Assembly: GCA_963729605.1 (NCBI GenBank)
Contig: CAVSNY010000007.1
Coordinates: 32,001-96,000 of the forward strand
Length of the DNA: 64,000 bases
From: an uncultured Gammaproteobacteria bacterium
GTDB taxonomy: Bacteria > Pseudomonadota > Gammaproteobacteria > DRLM01
Direction: 5' to 3'
Position 1 is the stretch's first letter; every line of letters starts with the position of its first letter. The notes under the pieces were generated by a model that saw only the letters and a list, made by a program, of their open reading frames with translations, did no database searches and had not been told where the DNA came from. Shown one piece after another: positions 1 to 7,391 of the stretch. A program made the position numbers and the translations under genes.

Positions 1-1128
1 CGCCTCGACATCGAGCTGGAAGACGGCGTCACCAAAACCATCGGCGTCACCCGCGCCCATTTGGAGGAAGACGCCGGCAAATCCCTGCACGAGGATTTTC
101 ACGGCCTCACCGGCATCGATTTGAACCGCGCCGGCACCCCGCTGCTGGAGATCGTCTCCGAGCCGGATCTGCGCTCCGCCAAAGAGGCGGTGGCCTACAT
201 GAAAAAAATCCACTCGCTGGTGCGTTATCTGGAAATCTGCGACGGCAATATGCAGGAAGGCTCGTTCCGCTGCGACGCCAACGTCTCGGTGCGCCGCAAG
301 GGCGAAGCAAAATTCGGCACCCGCGCCGAGATCAAGAACATCAACTCCTTCCGTTTCGTCGAGCGCGCCATCAACTACGAGGTCGAACGCCAGATCGAAT
401 TGATCGAAGGCGGCGGCAAGGTCGTGCAGGAGACTCGCCTTTACGATGCGCAGAAAGACGAGACCCGTTCCATGCGCAGTAAAGAAGAGGCCATGGATTA
501 TCGCTACTTCCCCGATCCCGATTTATTGCCGGTGGAACTCGACGCGGCCTGGATCGAAGAGGTGCGCGCCACCCTGCCCGAACTGCCCGACGCGAAACGC
601 GAGCGTTTCATATATGAATACGGCCTCAGTCCCTATGAAGCCGGCGTGCTCACCACCAGCCGAGAGTTGGCGGATTATTACGAAGCCACCGCCAAGGCCG
701 CCAATGGCGAGGCCAAGCTGGCCGCCAACTGGGTGATCGGCGATCTATTGGGCGCCGTCAACAAGGCCGGTTTGGAGATCACCCAGAGCCCGCTGTCGCC
801 TGAAACGCTGGCCGGCATGCTGCGCCGCATCGCCGACGACACCATCTCCGGCAAGATCGCCAAGACCGTGTTCGAGGCGATGTGGAACGGCGAGGGCGAC
901 GCCGACACCGTGATCGAAAAACACGGACTGAAACAGGTCACCGACACCGGCGCCATCGAAAAAGTCATCGACGACGTGATGGCCGCCAACCCCGGCCAGC
1001 TCGCCGATTACCGCGGCGGCAAGGACAAACTGTTCGGCTTCTTCGTCGGCCAGGTGATGAAGCTGAGCCAAGGCAAGGCCAATCCGGCGCAGGTCAACGA
1101 CTTGTTGAAGAAAAAACTCAGCGGCTAA
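1..1128 (+). CDS. gatB: Asp-tRNA(Asn)/Glu-tRNA(Gln) amidotransferase subunit B (5' end outside window)
   Basis: Frame open from base 1 (RLDIELEDG...[10 protein letters not shown]). Motifs [50 protein letters not shown]. Confidence 0.97.
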   Translation, partial: RLDIELEDGVTKTIGVTRAHLEEDAGKSLHEDFHGLTGIDLNRAGTPLLEIVSEPDLRSAKEAVAYMKKIHSLVRYLEICDGNMQEGSFRCDANVSVRRKGEAKFGTRAEIKNINSFRFVERAINYEVERQIELIEGGGKVVQETRLYDAQKDETRSMRSKEEAMDYRYFPDPDLLPVELDAAWIEEVRATLPELPDAKRERFIYEYGLSPYEAGVLTTSRELADYYEATAKAANGEAKLAANWVIGDLLGAVNKAGLEITQSPLSPETLAGMLRRIADDTISGKIAKTVFEAMWNGEGDADTVIEKHGLKQVTDTGAIEKVIDDVMAANPGQLADYRGGKDKLFGFFVGQVMKLSQGKANPAQVNDLLKKKLSG

Positions 1129-1144
1129 AACTGAGCCGCTTACC

Positions 1145-1339
1145 AACCACTCCTCGTAAACATCGCGCCGGCGTTCGCAACACCCCCTCCCCCGCAGCGG
1201 GGGAGAGACGCGGTGTGTTATGAACAAGCTCGGCGCGCATGCCCCCTCCGGGCCGCATAACAAACCACCCCTCGTAAACATCGCGCCGGCGTTCGCAACA
1301 CCCCCTCTCCCGCGGGCGGGAGAGGGCCGGGGTGAGGGC
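1145..1339. repeat. Two ~62-bp direct repeats (period 118 bp), each ending in a CCCTCTCCC...GGGAGAGGG REP-like hairpin
   Basis: AACCAC(T/C)CCTCGTAAACATCGCGCCGGCGTTCGCAACACCCCCTC... at 1145 and 1263; second copy continues GGGAGAGGGCCGGGGTGAGGG. Confidence 0.85.
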
Positions 1340-1644
1340 GCCACGCTGACCCGCCATCAGTGCGCAAGCACGCTGCCCTCCCTCATCCGCGGCCCCCGTT
1401 TCACGAGAGGGAAGATGTGTTCCGATATTTTTCAATGCCAAACGGACAAAGCTTGGCTTACCCCCGTCATTCAATTTCAAAATTGAGACGGAGTTCTCAA
1501 TTCAAGATACGGTTCGCCGAAGAATAATCCGACGTCCGAAACTCATGACCCGCGCCGTTTATTAAAAAACGAGCTTGAGACGGCGGCTATAATGCGCGCG
1601 CGTTTCGCGCCGATCTATTCGTTGAATAGTTTTTACATGAGACG

Positions 1645-2589
1645 ATGGACGTGCTGCAGCGCCGCGCTTATTTTTTATTACCCCTGCTGGTTGCCCTGCT
1701 GATGGCGGCGCCTTCGCAGGCCAAACAACTTTACAAATTCCAAGACGAGGACGGCCGCTGGCATTTCACCGATGTGGCGCCAGTCACCACTCAACCGGTG
1801 CAATCGCGCGCCGTGCGGGTTGCGCCGAAAGACAAGATCGTCGTCAGTAGCCGCGGACCGGACGCCGAACACGATCTCTATATTTACAATAGTTACTACG
1901 GACCGGTGGAGGTCATTCTCGATTTCACCCAGGTCCGCAACGTCGTCGCCCAACCCCCTTTGCCGCACCGCTTCGTCATCCCCCCGCGCCGGGAGATCCG
2001 CGCCGTGGGCCTCAAGGTCGCCGACAAGGGGCACGCCTTCGAATACAAGATCCAGGTCTCCCCGCTGTTGGGCGACTCCGCGGCGCAGCACGATCCGCAA
2101 ACCGCGTACCGCGTACCCTTCGATACCGGAAAGACCTTCACGGTCACTCAAGGTTTTTTCGGCGGCTACAGCCACAACACGCCTTACAGTGAATATGCCG
2201 TCGATATCGCCATGCCCGAAGGCACGCCGATCGTGGCCGCCCGCGGCGGCGTGGTGATGGACATCGAACGGGACTTCTTCGGCAACGGCCTGGACATGGA
2301 GAAATATGGCGCGCGCGCCAACAGCGTGCGCATCCTGCATGACGACGGCACCATGGCCGAATACGCCCATTTGAAATTGGAAAGCGTGCGGGTCATTCCC
2401 GGCGCGCGGGTGACGTCCGGCCAGCTGCTCGGCGAATCGGGCAATACCGGTTTCTCCAGCGGTCCCCATCTGCATTTCGCGATACATAAAAATCAGGGGA
2501 CGGCGACGCGCTCGCTGCCGTTTCAATTCCGCCTGCGCGACGGCGAGCTGGTAACGCCGCACACGGGGCTGAAGCTGACCGGTTATTAG
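1645..2589 (+). CDS. M23 family metallopeptidase with signal peptide and N-terminal DUF4124-like segment
   Basis: LYKFQDEDGRWHFTD; AVDIAMPEGTPIVAARGG, YAHL, GNTGFSSGPHLHF (HxH Zn ligand). Confidence 0.88.
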   Translation: MDVLQRRAYFLLPLLVALLMAAPSQAKQLYKFQDEDGRWHFTDVAPVTTQPVQSRAVRVAPKDKIVVSSRGPDAEHDLYIYNSYYGPVEVILDFTQVRNVVAQPPLPHRFVIPPRREIRAVGLKVADKGHAFEYKIQVSPLLGDSAAQHDPQTAYRVPFDTGKTFTVTQGFFGGYSHNTPYSEYAVDIAMPEGTPIVAARGGVVMDIERDFFGNGLDMEKYGARANSVRILHDDGTMAEYAHLKLESVRVIPGARVTSGQLLGESGNTGFSSGPHLHFAIHKNQGTATRSLPFQFRLRDGELVTPHTGLKLTGY

Positions 2590-2826
2590 GCCACGGCCTT
2601 CCGCGGCCGGTTTTTCTTAAGAATTTCCGCTATCAATCTAAAATCGCGGACGCCAGCCTCAGAGAACGGAGAATTGGGATGTTGCGCATCGGGTGGATTC
2701 ACCTGTTGAGCGGCTTCGACCAGGACACACCATCATTGATTTTTCCTCCGTGAGCCTCCGTGGCTTAACTGCTTTCAGGATAAATAACCCAGTATATTAG
2801 TCGGTCAAAGGGCGCCAAAAAACGCA

Positions 2827-2874
2827 TTGACATTTTTTATCGCGGCCCATAATAATGTATCCACAATACATCTT
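2827..2874 (+). promoter_or_regulatory. Sigma70-like promoter overlapped by an NsrR-type operator upstream of the globin gene
   Basis: TTGACA at 2827, AT-rich -10 candidates at ~2848-2856, and ATGTAT-ccaca-ATACAT-CTT at 2855-2874 matching the gATGyAT-N5-ATrCATc NsrR consensus. Confidence 0.65.
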
Positions 2875-2906
2875 TGTTATACCGTCATTTCTAGCAGGAG
2901 GTTGTC

Positions 2907-3275
2907 ATGAGTCAAAGTCTTTATGAGCAGATCGGTGGAGAGGCGGCGGTGAACGCGGCGGTGGATATTTTTTATCGCAAGGTCTTGGCCGATGACCGCA
3001 TCAGTCGTTTCTTCGAAAGCGTGGACATGGAAAAACAAGCGGCCAAACAAAAGGGGTTTCTAACCTTCGCCTTCGGCGGCCCCCATCACTACACCGGCAA
3101 GGACATGCGCCAAGGCCACGCCCACTTGGTCAAACAAGGCCTGAATGACAGCCATTTCGATGCCGTGATGGAAAACCTGGCGGCCACTTTGCAAGAACTG
3201 AACGTGCCGCAAAACCTCATCGCCGAAATGGCCGCCATCGCGGAAAGCACCCGCAACGACGTGCTGGGCCGCTAG
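2907..3275 (+). CDS. glbN: Group I truncated (2/2) hemoglobin
   Basis: SLYEQIGG, VDIFY (TyrB10), QAAKQ, FGG, proximal His in GHAHL, HFDAV; AGGAGG RBS. Confidence 0.9.
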   Translation: MSQSLYEQIGGEAAVNAAVDIFYRKVLADDRISRFFESVDMEKQAAKQKGFLTFAFGGPHHYTGKDMRQGHAHLVKQGLNDSHFDAVMENLAATLQELNVPQNLIAEMAAIAESTRNDVLGR

Positions 3276-3295
3276 GCCGCACCGGGGGCGACGCC

Positions 3296-4297
3296 GTGCC
3301 GCGTATTCGTTTCGAGCAACACACCTACGTTTTGGCCGATGACGAATCGGTGCTCGACGGTTTGACGCGGCACGGCGTCGCCGTCCCTTCTTCCTGCCGC
3401 AGCGGTATTTGCCAGACCTGTCTGATGCGCGCGGTGCACGGCGACGTGCCCGCGGCGGCGCAGCACGGCATCAAAGAAAGTCTGCGCGAACGCCGGTATT
3501 TCCTCGCCTGCTCGTGCAGGCCCACGGCCGACCTGGAAGTCGCCCTGCCCAGCGATGACGACGTCCCGCTCACCATGGCGGAGGTCATCGGCAAAGATCC
3601 GCTGAATGCCGACATCACCCGTTTCCGCCTGCGGGTACCGGCCGGTTTCGCGTATCGCGCCGGGCAATTCATCAATCTGCATCACCACGAACACGTGCGC
3701 AGTTATTCCCTCGCCAGCGTGCCGCAAACCGAGGATTATCTCGAGCTGCACGTCCAGCGCATCGACGCCGGCCGCGTGAGCGGCTGGCTGCATGACGAGT
3801 GCAAGTCGGGCGATCCACTCACCTTGCACGGTCCCTTCGGCGATGCTTATTACCGCAAAGGCGATCCCGACCAGGCCTTATTGCTGATCGGCACCGGCTC
3901 GGGCCTCGCGCCGCTGTGGGGCATCGCCCGCGACGCCTTGGCCCAAGGCCACCGCGGCGCCATCCATTTATTTCACGGCAGCCGCGCCGCCGCCGGACTC
4001 TATTTGGTGGACGAGCTGCGGGCGCTCGCGCAAGCCCATTCCAACTTCAGCTACACGCCCTGCGTTTCCGGCGGCGGGCCGGCGGAGAACGTCAGCGCGG
4101 GCCGGGCCAATGAAATCGCGCTGCAACAATTTCCACGACTGAAAGGCTGGCGGATCTTTTTGTGCGGCAACGCCGAGATGGTGAAGGGCGCCAAGAAAAA
4201 GGCCTTTCTGGCCGGCGCCGCCTTGCAAGACATTCACGCCGACCCCTTCGAATTCAGCGCAAAACCCGCCGCGAAAAACGCCGCCGCCCTGGCTTGA
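3296..4297 (+). CDS. 2Fe-2S ferredoxin / FAD / NAD(P)H-binding oxidoreductase (FNR-like)
   Basis: CRSGICQTC...C cluster motif, RSYS FAD motif, GTGSGLAP NAD motif, FLCG; starts 20 bp after the globin. Confidence 0.9.
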   Translation: MPRIRFEQHTYVLADDESVLDGLTRHGVAVPSSCRSGICQTCLMRAVHGDVPAAAQHGIKESLRERRYFLACSCRPTADLEVALPSDDDVPLTMAEVIGKDPLNADITRFRLRVPAGFAYRAGQFINLHHHEHVRSYSLASVPQTEDYLELHVQRIDAGRVSGWLHDECKSGDPLTLHGPFGDAYYRKGDPDQALLLIGTGSGLAPLWGIARDALAQGHRGAIHLFHGSRAAAGLYLVDELRALAQAHSNFSYTPCVSGGGPAENVSAGRANEIALQQFPRLKGWRIFLCGNAEMVKGAKKKAFLAGAALQDIHADPFEFSAKPAAKNAAALA

Positions 4298-4422
4298 GCC
4301 GCGCGGCCCCGGCCTTAAACTGCGCGGCTGAAACATGAGTTCGTAGGCCGGCGTCCGCGCGTGCGATTTTGATTATCCCGCTCCACGAGAAGATGGCTCA
4401 TCGGCCAGCGCGGCCACGCCGA

Positions 4423-4956
4423 TCACGTCCCGTCGAAAAACGCCGCCTCGTCTTCGCTCAAGACGCCGGCCGGCGGGGACGGTTTCAGCGCCGCGGGCGC
4501 CGCGCGCCGCTCGTGGTTTGCCGCGACCCGGATCTTATCCAACAACAAACCGTATTCCCCTTTCACTTGCACGACGCGGAAGGTGTAAATCATCACGTCG
4601 GCGAGCGCCGCCAACCAGGTCCGCGCACCCGGCGGGGACTGCGGCGCCAGGGCGATCAAGCGCACGGGAAGCACCGCTTCGCGCAAAGCGGGATACAGGC
4701 GATACAACCAGGGTTCTTGTTGCGCCACCATGTCCGCCGCCCGCAATCCCGCCAGCAACACCGCGGCGGGGTCGGCGCCCATACTCACCAGGGTGGGACG
4801 CCGCGCGGCGTCCAGCGCCAGCAGCACGTCGCCCGGCACGGGGAAGGCATCATCCAGTAAATGGTGGTCGCCGATCAGTCCCGGCAGGGTTTCCATGGCC
4901 AGTCTTTTCAATATATCCGGCGTTACGTTCGCGATTGAGACGATGATCAAGCTCAT
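4423..4956 (-). CDS. Hypothetical protein, third gene of the ParA-CBM operon
   Basis: 177-aa ORF with a GGGGG RBS-like stretch before ATG 4956. Start is uncertain and overlaps the 3' end of the upstream ORF. Ends in an acidic/aromatic tail (LSEDEAAFFDGT). Confidence 0.6.
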   Translation of the reverse strand: MSLIIVSIANVTPDILKRLAMETLPGLIGDHHLLDDAFPVPGDVLLALDAARRPTLVSMGADPAAVLLAGLRAADMVAQQEPWLYRLYPALREAVLPVRLIALAPQSPPGARTWLAALADVMIYTFRVVQVKGEYGLLLDKIRVAANHERRAAPAALKPSPPAGVLSEDEAAFFDGT

Positions 4957-5698
4957 AAGGCCCCCGCTTGGAATTATTGTGTGGGCCATCCTCCCGGCCC
5001 TTGCCGGCTTCCATGCGGGCTTCGCGCGCCAGGCGCAGAAAATGATTGAACGCGGTCAGGGCGATCCGTCCCGGCGCTTCGCCCAGGCCGTTCTCGAGCT
5101 CCACTATCCGCAGGCTGATCCCCAGAAAACGCGCACCGCCCTCCACCAGTTTTTCGGCGTATTGCCGCCGTTGGTTTTTATGTTCGGTCAAACACGCGAT
5201 CGCTAAACTCTCCGGCCGCGACACCGCCTTGATCCGCACATAGGTCCGCCGCAAGGCGTCCGCGCCCGGCAGCAACACGAAGAGGGCGCACGCGCAATAA
5301 TGCAAGAGGCCGGCGGACAAACGCGGCACGGGGAGCAGACAGCAGTGCGGAATCTTGCCGCGCTCGCCGAATACCTGTTCCAAACGCCGCCCGACCGCGG
5401 CCTCGTCATACCAATCATCCGCCCGCGTCATCGGCAAGACCAGGCGGCCGTCGTCGTCGGCCGGCGCCGGCCCATCCTCGCGGCGGCGGGACACGGCCAG
5501 CTCGATCACGTCGACGCCCTGGGCGCGGAGGGCGAGACGCAAACGCCTCGCCACCCCGTATTCCTCCGCGTCCGCGCAGCACACCGGCAACAGCACGGTC
5601 TGCGGCGGTCCCTCGCCGCGCTCGCTCAAAAAATAATGGCTGATCCGCCGCAGTCCCTCGCGGCCGTCGACCGGCGGGTCGAGGCCGGACCGCGGCAT
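4850..5698 (-). CDS. Hypothetical protein; C-terminal half resembles FlhG/FleN/MinD but there is no Walker A motif
   Basis: ATG overlaps the upstream stop (TGATG, 5696-5700). DALRRTYVRIKAV...AEKLVEGGARFLGISL resembles FlhG TDAYALIK...F.KL....RFL.V.L by eye. Confidence 0.65.
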   Translation of the reverse strand: MPRSGLDPPVDGREGLRRISHYFLSERGEGPPQTVLLPVCCADAEEYGVARRLRLALRAQGVDVIELAVSRRREDGPAPADDDGRLVLPMTRADDWYDEAAVGRRLEQVFGERGKIPHCCLLPVPRLSAGLLHYCACALFVLLPGADALRRTYVRIKAVSRPESLAIACLTEHKNQRRQYAEKLVEGGARFLGISLRIVELENGLGEAPGRIALTAFNHFLRLAREARMEAGKGREDGPHNNSKRGPYELDHRLNRERNAGYIEKTGHGNPAGTDRRPPFTG

Positions 5699-6798
5699 CA
5701 GCGCAGGACCCGCAACAGCGAATTGCTGCCGCCGAAGCTATTGGGCACCCGCATGGGATTGGCTGGGTCTTCCTGCCATTTGCCGCCGATGATGACCCGG
5801 TATTGATAGGCGCCGGGCGAGACCTTTAACACCTTTTGTATGGTGTCGTTGACGGTGCGGGTTTCCACCTCGTGATCGGGAATCCAGCCGTTGAAGTCAC
5901 CGGCGATCTGCATGTCCTTATTGATCAAATGATGGTAACTCAGCACCACCCGCCGCTCCCGGCCGTTTTCCATGCTCTCGCTGAAGGTCATGCCGGGCAC
6001 CCGCTGCATGCCGATCTCCGCGGTCTCGCGCCCGCGCCGCGGCGGCAGATCATGGCCGGTCAGCCATTCCACCAGTTCGGCGAAATCCTCGGCGGCGGCG
6101 GTGCGCGGCGCGTGATCGAGGAGCGGCCGGCCGAGATAGGCGGCCTCTTTCACCTTGACGGTGGATCGCACCCGCAGCGGGGTGACCTCGCGGGGCCAGC
6201 GCTCCTCGAGTTCCGCCAGCAGACGCCGGGTGATGCGGGAACGCAGATCGACCAGACTGGGCAGCAGATCGATCCGGATATCCAAATCATAACGGTCGCT
6301 CACCAGGTCGATGGTTTCCCGCAGCCGCGCCACGCCGTCCAAGGCATAAGGACTCAGGTCCACCGGGATCAACACCCGCGTGGCGGCGCGCAGCGCGTTG
6401 ATGGACAACATACCCAGGCCGGGCGGACAGTCGATGATGATGTGGTCGTAATAATTCGCCACCGGCTCCAATTGCTTGAGCAAGGTCTTTTCCCGTTCCG
6501 GTTTGGCCGCCAGCAGGTGTTCCACCCCCGCCAGGGTTATCGCCCCCGGAATCAGATCCACACCCGGCACCACCTTGTAAAAGATGACGTCCATCAGGGA
6601 CGCCGATCCCGCGAACACCTCATACAAACCCGGCAGCGCCGCGGCCGGTATCCCCAGCCCCAGGGACGCATGGCCTTGCGCGTCCATATCGATGAGCAAT
6701 ACCCGCAAACCCTTGCGTCCCAAACCGGCGGCCAGATTGATGGCCGTGGTGGTTTTGCCGCACCCGCCTTTTTGATTGGCGATCGCTATCACATTCAT
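5698..6798 (-). CDS. ParA/Soj family ATPase fused to a C-terminal AMPK-beta-like glycogen-binding (CBM48-like) domain
   Basis: GGAGGA RBS before ATG 6798. Deviant Walker A NQKGGCGKTT, LIDMDAQG, IIDCPP. C-terminus IAGDFNGW...PGAYQYRVIIGGKWQEDPANP...NSFGGSNSLL. Confidence 0.88.
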   Translation of the reverse strand: MNVIAIANQKGGCGKTTTAINLAAGLGRKGLRVLLIDMDAQGHASLGLGIPAAALPGLYEVFAGSASLMDVIFYKVVPGVDLIPGAITLAGVEHLLAAKPEREKTLLKQLEPVANYYDHIIIDCPPGLGMLSINALRAATRVLIPVDLSPYALDGVARLRETIDLVSDRYDLDIRIDLLPSLVDLRSRITRRLLAELEERWPREVTPLRVRSTVKVKEAAYLGRPLLDHAPRTAAAEDFAELVEWLTGHDLPPRRGRETAEIGMQRVPGMTFSESMENGRERRVVLSYHHLINKDMQIAGDFNGWIPDHEVETRTVNDTIQKVLKVSPGAYQYRVIIGGKWQEDPANPMRVPNSFGGSNSLLRVLR

Positions 6799-7391
6799 AC
6801 ACTGTCCTCCGTTAGCAGAGCCCACACGGCGTGACGCCGCATCCTCAGGTATGAAGGCATCCCTGCCCATTGCCGCCACGGCGCGTCCCGCCGCGTTGTG
6901 CCGCCCCATGCCCCGGCCCATGACGGCGGCACCGCGAATGCGACAGTTTTTGCCCGTCCTTGCAACGGGACTGAAGAGGGCAACCGTCTTCACCGTCTCG
7001 TGACGTCATGTAATGGCGCGCACGCCCGCTCCGTCCCAAATCGGCGAGCCGGTCGTAAACGGCATGCGGCGGATTTGCAACCGGCGACCTCGCCGGCGCC
7101 GAGGACGTGCTCGGTCAGGGCGGGCATTCGCATCCAACAGGAGAAGGGAAACCAGACGGGGAGATCAAAGGAATCGGCGACGGAGGGGATGAAACCTCCC
7201 TTCCGGCGGCCTGAGGACGGCCGGCGCCGGATAAATTCAAGCGAGCTTCACTAGGGCGGAGCGAGCTTCCCGCGGCAACCATACCACCCCCTTTGCCGGG
7301 AGGCATTTTTAACGCTTAAGTAAAGTTGCCGAACCAGGGCTTGTCAAGCCGCGGGCGAGTGCGCCGCCGTTTCGTGCCGCATCGCTCGTGA

